Source: Balanoglossus misakiensis
Taxonomy: Eukaryota; Animalia; Hemichordata
Assembly: GCA_040954595.2 (NCBI GenBank)
Contig: CM082594.2
Span: 6,333,962 to 6,397,961 of the forward strand
DNA length: 64,000 nt
Reading direction: 5' to 3'
Shown here: positions 51,782-64,000 of the stretch, one piece after another
How positions within the stretch are numbered: the stretch's first letter is position 1
Layout: each line of letters starts with the position of its first letter
Position numbers and translations under genes: made by a program
Notes under the pieces: generated by a model
Seen by the model: only the letters and a program-made list of their open reading frames with translations
The model's database searches: none
What the model was told of the DNA's origin: nothing

Positions 51782-54700
51782 CAACCCAGCATATTGTGAT
51801 GGAGAATAAGCCTGAAACATGTTCAAGGGCTGAAAATGTACTCTCCATTACCCTTGCGGCAACACCTGAAGAATACAGAAAGCATCGACTGAAAGAAAAA
51901 AAGTCGAGTGTCTTCTGTTGATGTGTCGTGAGGTGCAATTGTATCCTCGGGATGTGATCGTAATGCATGTATTGTGTCATGTGTGGGTTTTGCCTATTGT
52001 GGTGTAAAAGGGATTACACGTCCCCTTTAGCTGGGACAAGAGCATCGACACAAAAAAACCCTGGTGGAATAGCCCTACACTAAGTCTTCATTGTTCTCAT
52101 ATAGACCAGTCTGGTCTATAATCTACCTGTGTGTATTTATGTTGGCCCTGGCCACTTTTTCCTTCTAAATAGTGTCTGTTCCACCCCTGTTAATGAGGTG
52201 GTTTGGTTGAGTTTGAAAGTTGCTAAACAGAATTCAGGCTTGGACTTGTGAAACACACCAGAAAGTACCACATGCCTGACATTGTAAAATGTACTGTTGT
52301 AATGTTGCATTGTGGGTAAATCCTGAAAAAGGGGTGATTCAGCTCTTTCAGGCAAATGGGGCAGTTTAAATAGCTATTGACATGAAAGCAAAATATCCAG
52401 CGAAACAAAAATAACTAATAATGTTGCATTAGGAAAAATAATGGGGATTAAAGTGAAATAAATGATGTGACCCTTTACTTAATGTAGTGTGGCTAATAAG
52501 ACGCGACATGATGCTGTACAGGCATTGAAGAACTATTTGAAATTCTTGATGAAATCCTCTCTGAGCCGTTGATTCCAGAGGTCTGTGTGTGGTATGGCGG
52601 ATGAAAGGGGCCATTTGTTGTCAAAATTGTTTATTGCCAGGGCTTGATGATCTCCAAATCCTGGGAAAGTCTGGCTGGCCCCACTCCCTTGTCTGCTGCG
52701 CCGGGGCTGAGACCTTAAGTTTTGGGTCAAATGCAATCGTCTGCCCTCTTGTAAACATGAGATTGCAAGTTGAGGTCAGAGCAGGCATCTTTTATATATA
52801 TTGAAATAGCAGAGCTGCCCGCTGCTGTGACCTTCTGGGTTCAACCAGGCATGAAGAGCGATTGCAAACTTGAACACCGCTCTCTGTCCCGGTTCTTGTT
52901 TAAAGATTCCGTCCACACACGAGGGGATGTTGCTGGCGCAGCGCTGGACCGTTTGAATGTTGATACACACTCGCGTTAAGCATCGGTATTCCAGTCAGAC
53001 CCATATATCCATTTAACTATCTGTCATAAACATCTGCTCGTGTCCGTGTATGCCTCTCAGCCGTTCGCATTCTTCATGGGCACTTTCCTTTCAATCTCGC
53101 TGATTTTTGTTCAAAAACATTCAAGAACTTGTTTTCCTCACAGACGTCAAAGTTGAATATCATACAAGTTGATATTTCCTTCCTCGTATAACAGTTTCTG
53201 AATTGTACAGGCGATCAAGTGTCAGTCATTCAGCTTCTGTGGAAATGGGAGTATCTTTGAACTTCTGTTATTTGTATGCAAACCATGCACTTGCTGATGT
53301 GCCTGGACTACATCATGTATGCTGTCTACTTTCTTTTACTTAGCTGTTGCCGCCAATTAGAATTTGTAAACAGAAGACGGGAACAACGTGTGTCATAATT
53401 CGGAATAATTTATTGAGATATAAAGGTGCGTTTTGTTCTTCAGATCTGTAGAGATTGCTCCATTTGTGTAAGTAATTGAATGTATGAGCAGTTTTTATGT
53501 CCCCCGAGAGGCGAAATAATGCCAGCTGCATGATTAATGTATGAAGATTTGCCAGCGAAGACAGTATATAGAAAAGGTGCAGAACTGTACTGATGGTGGC
53601 AGTTTTGTCTTGCGGAGAAATGAATATATGCATTGGCCAGATTCACAATTTTGATGAGAGTCAGTAGTCTGACTACGCGATGTGTTTTGTTGATAGCAAA
53701 ATAAAACAAGAAAAGGTCGATGCAGTCTTTGCTGTTTATTTTGCATGTCATGCCTGCTTGGCTTGCAACCACAAAATTGCTATTCTGACCAACATGCTGA
53801 ATTATCCAACTGGCAAACTCGGTCATTTTGATAATGACTGGGAGGCGGGGGAGGTCATCAGGGGCCTAAAATTGGCCTTGGTTTCACTAGATTGCTCTGC
53901 TGTAAATCAAAACTGCTATTGTTGATGTGACAGAATTAATACACTAACATCAAAAACAGTATTGTTAAGGCGTACAACATTAATACTGACTGGAGGGAAG
54001 AAATCTTGACTGTTTTTGTTTGTGGTGTAAGATTTCCAATGGTTGACGTTGCCAAGGTAGGCGATTTGTGCAGCTTTCGCTTGGGGCTACATGTAGTCTT
54101 ATCCTTTAGCCGAGAGTTCATCTGTCAGGTCTTGTGTGGGTGTTACTTGATGATGCTTTGTAAGACGGGTCTTTAATTAAAATAAAGATCTTGTGGGCTA
54201 CACGGCATGAATTGACAATTTTTGTGATGATAATTATAATATTATAGATATGCACTGACGGGGTATCTCAGTTTTAATATTGGATTCAGCTGTTTTGAAT
54301 AAAATACTAGCCTGGCCATGTGTGATATTGCAGTTTCTTTGAAGGTCGACTTGACTGTTAGACTAAGCGGATAAGCTTAAATATGGGCACTCACTGTCAG
54401 AGAGACAGTTATCCCCCTCCAAGCAAATTAAGGTGATGCCCAATGTCCCCATACATGTGCTGTCTGGATTAAATTCAGACCTTGCTTCTTGTACGACCGA
54501 GGTATTCGTGTAGTAATAAATCACTACCTTTTCACCTCAAAAAAAATAAAATAAAAGCGTGGGGGGAAAAGCAATATTATCAGTTGCCGTGAGCCCCGCT
54601 GACTCAATACAGAAATTTGTTAGCAGAATCATCAATCTGCTTAGAAGAAAGGACAAGTCTTACGGATGAGTGCTTTTGAACACCAGGGTGGTGGCCCCCT

Positions 54701-57700
54701 CAACACAAAACCAAGCACGCCTCTCTCCCCCCATTGTGCGTCCGTGTCCTAGAGACATTTGACAGACAACAGGCGCTTGCTCAAACTCTGAGAGAATTCA
54801 CTTTTTCAACACGCACACAAAAACATCGGCGAGAAATAAACAGAAAGCTCCACTGTTGTGTTTTTTTCTTGAGTGGGGGTCTCAGAAGTTGCATCGAGTC
54901 AAGCGACAGCATACAGCGGTCTTACAATCATTGGAGCACGCACAGGTCAGTGTGTGGCATTTGGAAAGTAAGGTACGCTAAATTGCTGCGTCCTTTGAGA
55001 GGGGGTATTATTTCGTCGCTGTGCCGTACCGCGCCATTCATGTTCACCCATGCAGAAAGAAGACAGTGCAAAGGGAAGACACTAAAAGATAGCACCCCCA
55101 TAGTCAGCTTTAGTGTGTGATTTTTAGAAATCTGCAAACAAAGGCGAAAGAGGACATCTGAGACACCTTTTTATAGAGCGAGGCCAGAGTTGTATAGCGG
55201 AGTGGCTTGCTATGGTTGTTTATATGACCAAAGAATGTCGATTTATGACCGACCGAGCTACTGAGTAGATTCTGAAGTCACTCAAAGAAGGCCAAGGATC
55301 GAGTTCTCTTAAGGTATGACCGTCTCACTTTTCTTATCATTTTGTACCAGTTTTTGGTGACAAAAAGAGGCAAGGATTATCTGACACTGAGCTGAGCACT
55401 GAAGACTTGCCCTCAGTGCACCTGGGGTAGCGGCAGGTAGCTAATCTATCGACGTGAATATGCGTACTATTCATGTGTGAATGATTTCAGTCACAAAAGG
55501 CAAATACTGCGGCTTTTCTGGGTCAGTACTTTGGCCGTTTTTGTCGCGGATAATTATATTATGTTTGCTCTGTGAATTTTTGCACTTGACCACGTCAATC
55601 CACGTGTGCGGACATTGTACTGAGAAGCTGGATTACATCACGTATTGAATTAAACGCTGGTGGCTCAGCGATACAGGAGGCGATTGAAATCCCAGCACGG
55701 ATACATATTTATATCTATGACAGTGGTCGTAAAAAGGTATGAGTTGAATTTGTTGAGATCACGCCCAGTTTAACGGACCTTGCCAGATCATAGCACACAG
55801 TCTTGGAATCTGTGGAATCCGCATATGAACACATTTAAAAATATAAAAAAAATGTTCTCAGTGCCCCCACATACTGTGTATCATTGCGAAGTGCTGTGAA
55901 AGTGGTAGCATCAGCTGCCTAACCCCTCCTGATTTTGTCGGTCTAGACTTTCACGAACTTCGTCATTTGTGTGTGATCCAGTGTATTCCCTGGTGGAGTT
56001 TCAGAGGTCTTATAGTGTCAATATTTAGCCGCTGCTGTCCTGTCGTCTTTCGAGTCGCGCGCAGAGTGAGACGACATCGCATCACCGAACAGGCCTGCGC
56101 CGATTGACAGCCGAGGTCAAGTGTTGTTAACCATTTGCATCGGGAGTTCGAGTCTTGTTTACGGTCGTCCAATTGTGCAGCCAGGTCAGTCAGTGTTCAC
56201 TATCAATCGCAGCCCTTCTTGTCGCTGCTCACGTACAAACAAGCGCGAGCCCGTAACACACTCTCGGTAATAACGTTTGCCGAGATTTTCATTACCCAAA
56301 TGACTTTGTGACAAATTAGCTCAGAGGCTCGGGCATTGTGTCGTGTGCGTGTACCGAGCGTATCGGTTTTCATTTCATCTCACCGCATTCAGGTATTGCT
56401 GTCCGTGTAAATTATCACACGGTGCCATTGTAAGCAAACATCGTCGACTTGCCCTGGCTGTTTACCCTGTCACCGTTACTTGGAGTGTGGGTTGTTGAGT
56501 GGCAGTAACAGTGGTGTGTATATCCACACGTCTCAGAAATGCAGAAATTCCAAAGAAGATTCTGATTGCTTGTTCAATGTGAGAAAAAGATGTACAGAGT
56601 AGGATACCAAAAGGAATTCTGATTTGAATACATAAATTTGCAATTTTTTTTTAGCTGTCTCGTAACAGAAAGTAGATAGCAACAGTGGTGTCTGAACGAT
56701 ATTCAAACACCTAAGTGTGATTTTTGGTTGGAGGGCACAAATTTCAGAATGGAGCTAATTTGTTACATACAGTCCAGAACAGCATAATCGCCACTTACGT
56801 GTACTAGTCTTGTCACAGCGCTCTGGTAGCCATGGAAACCAGACAATTGAAATCAATGGGAGACGGTGTCCAAATCGCAAGGTGGTATTCTGTATGTTTC
56901 TGTATTTGAAGAAAAAAATACTGCAATGAATATTTTGCATTGAGATTTTATGAACATCATGTGTTTCTGTTGATCAGTGCAGAGTCATGTTTGGTTTTGT
57001 AAAGTGCATTTAATACTGTACTTTGAAGTCGGTCATTGCATTGAAAATTCAAAATATTGTGATCTGATTTCATGAATAGTTGACAATCTCCAAAGCTAAA
57101 TCCCAAGTGATATGGTAAGTTAGTACTGAATTTGCTAAGACCTATCTAGTTCGTTAATTTGAAGAAATTTTTTTTTTATTAAATGCAAAATATCATCGTG
57201 CGCCTGACACACCGATTGTGATATTAGAACAAACTATGTGTGGTCCATCGACCATCTTTTGTGCTGTCTGTTCTAGTAATATCAATCGTCATGAAAGAGC
57301 TCAATAAAACCAAACTGCACAGAGGAAAATAGCTGTCGAATACAGAGTGTCATGACAAGCGCCGTTTGCAGGTCAACTCAAGTGCCCTCGTTGCATGCTG
57401 CATACAAATCACAAATCCATACACAACTGTGAGAATTCCAATTGACGCTGACAAATTGCGTGGTACCGTCGCTGTTAGTCCACCATATGGCATAGTATAT
57501 GTGTCAATATTGAGAACAGTCCCCCCCCACCAATGTATGTATCCCCCAACTGTGCCCATTTAGGAGATTGTCTCCTCTCAGACTTGTCTTGTTTACTTTC
57601 AATTAAGGTCAAATTCACTCGATGTAATGTAAAGGTTGTGTTTGCGAGATTTGAGTGGCTTTCATTGAAATTGCACAGTGACAGCTCTATGAATGTGTTT

Positions 57701-60700
57701 AGCAGATTTTCCTCTAAAGTGTTATTTTGACAGCGACTCACACTGCCCCCACAAAGGTAATTTGTAGAAAAAAAGGAAATGAGATCAAATCGTCCAATAC
57801 TGTCTGAAATAAATAAATGTCAACAGCAGCAGTTCTGTATAAATGTTACGTTGACAACTGTCTTTTGTAGTATTGATATGGCCTTGACAGCTAGCAACAC
57901 AGCAAATTCTTAACAAGTTTTGTTTCTGTTGAAACATGCAAAAAATGTATATGTGAGTGGAATAAATATTCTCACAGTGACACTAGTACTCATTGGATTT
58001 ATGTAGACATTGTGCTGCATCAGGGGAATGTTGCCATGGTGACCGGGAGGAGTGGTTGATGTGGAGGGAATCTCAGTGGAGGGGAGAGGGAGAGTGTGTC
58101 TCCTCCAACCTTCCATGGAAACTGTTTACGTATGGATTCGAAGGTGGATTTGTATATTCCCATTTTGTGTCACGTTTTACCACGAAACCACTCGGTAGAT
58201 AAATCAACCAACAGGCTTACTTTCAAAGCCTGTGTTTCTGTTAGATTCCATGTCAGTACTTCTAACCTTTTCATCCTCGGGGCAATTGCGCGGTCGAACC
58301 ATGACAAAAATGTTGGCTATGTCCCCGTCCCGTCATCGTAATGAGCACCGTAAACGAACCGGAAGAAAAAAGGGCCAATGTGGTGCGTCCATGAAAATAT
58401 TCTACCATTAGTGGCTTTACCGAATTGTTTTGACGGAGTGTTTAATGTGGGAGCCATCAAACAAGATGCACATATTTCTAGCTTTTCATGCTCTTTTACT
58501 AACTTCAAGTGTTTTCCCTAATGTCACGGGTGGATATCAACAGATCTAACGATGACTTGCTAACATTCCACGCATGAAAAGAAGTTCACCGAGATGGTAA
58601 TCTGTGTTTATTTTGAAATCAAGGCTGTTTTTCTCTCTGTGACCCCAGTTTGTGAAAACTCACAAGTAGGTGCTCGCTGTAAATGCCAGAGTAAGAAATT
58701 TAATAAACTGCCAAATAGCGACCACTTTCTGCAAAGAAACTACCAAAAAATGACCAAATCTTAAGTACAAACAGGTGAACAATGCAAAAATAAGGCAGAA
58801 AAATGCAGACTTGAATGACTGTTGATCGTCAAAAAATTATGCATTCTTGATTTGTAGTACATGTAGTATGTTATCCCATCCTATCATTGGAAAGATAGGA
58901 TGAATGACCGAGTAGGGCTCATACATTAGATAAGGGTTTATCTAAAACTGTTGACCCAGATAAACTTACAGGACCAGTGTGTGGATCTCAGGTATTCTAC
59001 GAGACACACCCATGCCTTTGTGTAGAAACTGCATAAAATATAGGTCAGGCCAGAGAGAAAAAATATAACACATTTCTGTGTTTATCATGTGTGCTTATGT
59101 CCACTCATTCAGTGGTTATCCAACTCCATGTATTTTCGCACCTTTTGAGGTACACCGTCCACTGCCCTACCTTTGTATAAACTCTGCCATTGTAACTTTG
59201 ACACGTGTGTGTGCGATTGGTGCCATCGATTATGGTGGGCAAACTGACAGGGGGCAAGGTGTGCACTTACCAGGCAAGTGTCTAGTGTTTGCGTAAGGTG
59301 ACTTGGGGCAGCTGAACCCCAATCTCAGCTGTTTACAAAATACTAGGTGATATATTGCGTTGCATTGCATAGGCATGGATTTCGAACCCACATACTGAAA
59401 TATTGGCATGTTTGTATCTATAAACATCTACAGTACTGCCTTTGCTAGCTTACATGTACATGTGTAGGTCTAGTCATATATAACCTGGCCTTCTGAGGCA
59501 CCTTATGAGGGAAAATGTAATTTTGTGGCTTCAAATTGTTCAGCCAATACGTAGATCTGTCAAGAGCGTGAAGCAAACGCTGTGATTTAATTGTGTCTCA
59601 TGAGTGGATCAGATTCTCAACCCTTCCCCAAAGGCTCTGAAAAAATCTGGGATCACGCGAAGTATTGTACCGATAATGAGCTGTTTCCCCGAAGACTGTC
59701 TCAGCAGTTTAGTCAGATTTGTTCAGGGCTGTAACTAGGGTTAGGGATTTCCCCGTTCTATGATACCTGTGGGGAGGTCACATCATAACACATGGATGCA
59801 CTTTGTGTTCACCATGTCAACTGCGTGTAAACATGCTCTGAATTTGCTGTGCATATATTTTGTCAAATCAGAATCAGCATTTATTAAGGTTGTCAGCTTC
59901 TGTAATCATTTCTCTTACAGTTTTAGTTCATCTTAATAAACTTGGAAGGTGCACATATTCTGTAGTCATATTTGGCATTGTAGAAATGTTGTTCTGATCT
60001 GTATTCCTGAATTAATGATCGTGTTACGTGTACAGCAAGCCATGTATTGTTGATCATACAACATGTACTTGCTGTCGTCACACGAATTCATAAAAAAGTG
60101 GAGATGTCAAATCAGAACAGCATTCTCATAACTTTCCAAATGCCTGAAATGAAAGGGCAAAGAAGATATGTTTTCTTAAGACTTCAAGTAGTCATGTTCT
60201 CATCCATGATTTGATACTCGACTGAAAAAGGTGACATGAAAAATTGCAAATATTTTGATTCATGAGCAACAGCTGTACTGGTGACAAGACACCCACGTCA
60301 GTATTGCCCAACCGTATTCTTCGGAGTATTGTAGTAGAGCACTAAATGTTTATATCTAACACGGGTTCACATATTTTTAGAAAGTTCTTGTGGGATCTGG
60401 TTACATTAATTTACAAAAGTACAAGCCACAGGTTTTAACCCTGCCGTGAACTTTCGTGATCTGCCGAAGGTTTGGCTACTAATTTTCCTGAACTGGCTCC
60501 AGTATTAAAAGTTGCCACCAGAATTTCAGTGTATAAGGCTCTCAGCAGCTTTTTCTGGAACCTTTATCCAAGCCGCCGTGATATTATTTAAGGGCTTGAA
60601 TTGCTAAACAGCGTTAATGTTGATGACCCCTGTGGAACCTGTGAGATGGAATATATGCCGAACTGCAGGGCTGGTGGCAGGCAGCTTGGTTCCACTGGCA

Positions 60701-63700
60701 GGAAGTACAAGGGGGGAAAGGTTAGCCAGCTCCCTGAAGATGAAAGCTGCTTCCAATTCTGAAACTGCCGGAGTGCTGGCATGTTGTCCTCAGCCAAGTT
60801 GTAAATATTGGTGGCAACGTCAGTCGGAGTCCTTCTTATTAAAAGTGAAAATAAAAAAATCTTCCTTAGGCTTTGAAGCATGAGTGCTGTATTCAATGTG
60901 AATTTTTGAGTTTTACTGAGGATGTACCAGTAATTCATTGGGATAAAATACGAAAATACCTCACTTGGTGCGTTGTACTTGTTGAAATTTTGACATAGCA
61001 TACATGTTGTATCTGTTGATTAAGTAAAAGATTGGAGCCGTGACAAAGGCTTTGGAGGAATTCTGGCAGCAAGACATGACAGGCACAAGCTCTTGCATCT
61101 TTGATGAGCTCATGTAACTTTGATACGTCACTGGTGTTCTCATTTCCAGTAATGGCCCCAGTGCCGAAGGCTTATGCCAACAGTTCAAATGAATAAGAAA
61201 GGCACCAGAGAGCGTACAATGTACAGGGTCCCTGCGAGACGGCGGAACTCCATGAAGCACCTCCCCGGTGACTTTTGTACAGATGGAAGACATTCAAACA
61301 ATTTCATAAAAAGTGTGAAGTATGCCTGAAAGCTTCTTGGGGAAATCTGTGTCATGACCTCAAACAAGGTTGAACACAGGATTTTTTTTCAGTTTATTCA
61401 CTGAGTTGTCAAGGGCGTAGATTTGCCTGTATTGTTGGTCCTATTGTGGCCAGTTCTCACAGAAGTGACTTGCGACATCAGTATGTTGTAGGTGTGATCT
61501 CTTGTGCCTGGCATCAACGTTACAGAATATAATGGTGGTGGTGACACCGATGTTAAACGTTGGCCTGATGGCAATACAAACAAGGCGCAGTCAAACGATT
61601 CCGGGCAAGTTGTACTTAAAAAGTGTTTGGCCAGCATGTACCCTTTTGTTTGGCTTGAAGTGCCGCGAAACAAAATGAAACATCTCGGATACTTAAGAAG
61701 TCCACTCACCCGGTGCATGTAGACATTTAAAGGGCGATTGACACGATCCCCTTGTAACCCAGTTTCCATGAACAAGGGGTCGCGGCAAGTATTACAGCTA
61801 CATGCAAAGTTCTTGTCAAGAAACGATTCTATTCTCCATCCCCAGTGATCTGATTGCAGTAGTGAACCCCGATGAAAGGTATCATCTTGCTAAGCCTTTT
61901 TTCAATTTTCCCCCCAACCTTCTGATCTGCAGTGAAAACATGTCTCGCCCATCACGGAGACCCCTGTCTAACTTACAGGGCAGTTTAAGTGTCTGTATTG
62001 TGAATGAAAAAAAAAGCCCAGTTGAAATCGGATACACTGTAGCTTGTTAACTCGGCGGTCATTTGAACTCGTTAACAGGCAAACCTGACAAAGGCGTACA
62101 GACGAGTCCCCATTTGATTCTGTGCACGCAGACCAGTTGAAATCAAAGGGCCGTGTTGTTACAGCACTTACTAACTCTTATGCATGTCACATTATACCCT
62201 CAGGATGGATTGTATTATGGATGTATGACATTGTAAGTCCAGAAGTGGGGAAAAATTCTTTGTGTTTTAATATAGTGCTGATTTTACATGTAAATATAAA
62301 GAACTCTGATATTTTCGGTTCATATTCTATATATGTTTGATCTGAGATCTATATATGATTAGTTTGTTTTGATATAAAAAGGCGCAAAGCGGTGAAACAT
62401 TTCTCCTTAATGCTTTATTATTTTGCCTGCCTGTCTAGTAAACACATTGCTTCCAATTAATTCTTGGCAATGGCAGTAATTCAATACTTGAGCTTGGCAA
62501 ATCTCCATATTGTGCTGAAAGCACTTTGACAGTGGGAGAAGGATGCCTTTGGCCCCGATTCGCAGTGTGGGAATTTTGAAGCGACATGGGTCGGCCTGGT
62601 AGCCGGTCATATGCCCAGCACCATTTGTGAGATTTCTGTTCCCTTCTTCATTGAAATCCCCTGCTTGGGTATCTCCCCAGGCAATAAGATTGTAAATTAA
62701 AATTCTCAGTCGATGCAAGAAAATGTTTAGTATTACATGTACAATGTACATGTACATGTAAAGATGTAGAGCATTGACCGGCTGGTAATGTGAACTTAAC
62801 CCCAAAAAGATTGCATTTGATGCGTCCGTCTCCTTGATATATAAAAAAAGTGCATCAGAATGAAATAAAATTCCACGGCGCAGTACGATTAAACAAAACG
62901 ACCACTTCCATTTTAATAGACAGTATACAGTTTTAACTGTTTGTTGGCTGCAGATAGAGAAATGGGTGAACCAGTGACCCTGCAACTAGAAGAGATAATG
63001 TTTTCGGTGACCTTTATGACTTTTATTCATCAGGGACATCAAAGGAAAATTAGATGACAACATGGCATTACGTCTCCGAAGTTAGTGTATTGCATAAAAA
63101 ATCTGAGCGTAATGTATATAGATGTACATGTAGCCTTTGTGAATAACATAGACTTGTCTTGTTTTGTTACCTCGTATCATCTTTCCGTGGATTTTGCTAA
63201 GCTCCCCGTTTCAGTTTTCATACCAGGGTTTATCTTTCTCTATGTTCCGGTTTTATTAAAAATCTTTTTTTCCTGTTATCTCATGAGCCCTACTGTATAT
63301 AGGTAATCTTGAGTTATGCAATTTTTATATGATAACTTGATACGAAGCTAGGGAGCTTTTAACTCACTCATCCTGATTTCCTTTCAAGGAAGTGATTTGT
63401 GTCACATTTGGAAGAAGAAGAAGAAAAATCAAGGTTACGAAGCAAATCTTGTTTTTGAGGGGAGAAAATGTGTTAAGTCCCTGAACAGTCCAGGCCAGCT
63501 GCTCGCAAGTTCGTATGTCCGCACACAAAAGAATAATGTATGATTGATAGATATTTTCCATTACTGTAGCTTTCTCTGCTTTCTTGGGTCTGCAGTTTTC
63601 ACATTTCCTGAAGTTTATGAGGCTGTCGTTCCAAAAGCCAAAGAAACTGGAGTGGTTGAGAAAACAGAAGGGTTTGAAAGCCAAAAGGTACAAACTACCT

Positions 63701-64000
63701 GAGTTGACCTCTCCTGAGTGAACTTAGATTTGCAATAGTCTCTGACGAGATCATGACTGCAACTGTTTCAACAACAGAGGGAGCGAAAATGGCCAAATGA
63801 ACCACACATCCTCGCGTGAACTAGCAGTCAATTACATGCATGTTGCTTGTACTTGTGACACTAGTGAGTCTAGTACATGTACAGGGTAGTTGTAGCCAAT
63901 CAGGCTACCCGTGACATTCTAGCACGAAAATACAGCCAGTCAGACTGCTTGTACCAGCAACACTCCCATGTGAAGTTAAAACATGCATTCTGGTACATTT

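Noticed and set aside
56145-56156. GAGTTCGAGTC Pol III B-box-like motif
   Set aside because: No upstream A box or tRNA fold.
62407-62985. 192-aa minus-strand ORF
   Set aside because: Non-ATG start, runs through TACATGTA low-complexity sequence, no motifs or convincing splice sites.
44750-64000. By-eye search for conserved bilaterian microRNAs and recognisable coding exons
   Set aside because: Only short seed-length matches and no protein family motifs seen; a computational scan could still find something I missed.

Overview
Eukaryotic, intron-rich, AT-rich DNA from a metazoan, probably a marine invertebrate deuterostome (inference from gene style and motif content). Firm content: (1) the first coding exon of a natriuretic-peptide-receptor-type/membrane guanylyl cyclase gene on the minus strand (2754-3435), continuing off the left edge; (2) an intact tRNA-Thr(UGU) gene (12254-12326); (3) a complete 13-exon molybdenum cofactor sulfurase (MOCOS) gene on the minus strand (27583-42728, 876 aa), which I assembled by hand with phase-compatible GT-AG junctions. 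Less firm: an unrecognised spliced ORF on the minus strand (20284-20983, possibly with upstream exons at 22668-22819 and ending at 24682), a divergent plus-strand first exon near 44.6-44.7 kb followed by about 19 kb with no recognisable coding sequence but enhancer-like blocks, decayed LINE fragments, very short TTAA-flanked elements and microsatellites. The most unusual signals are many RFX X-box palindromes, four of them inside coding exons, a 27-nt near-identity between the orphan ORF and MOCOS exon 11, and a TACATGTA enrichment seen only in the right part of the window. I found no convincing novel multi-gene system.
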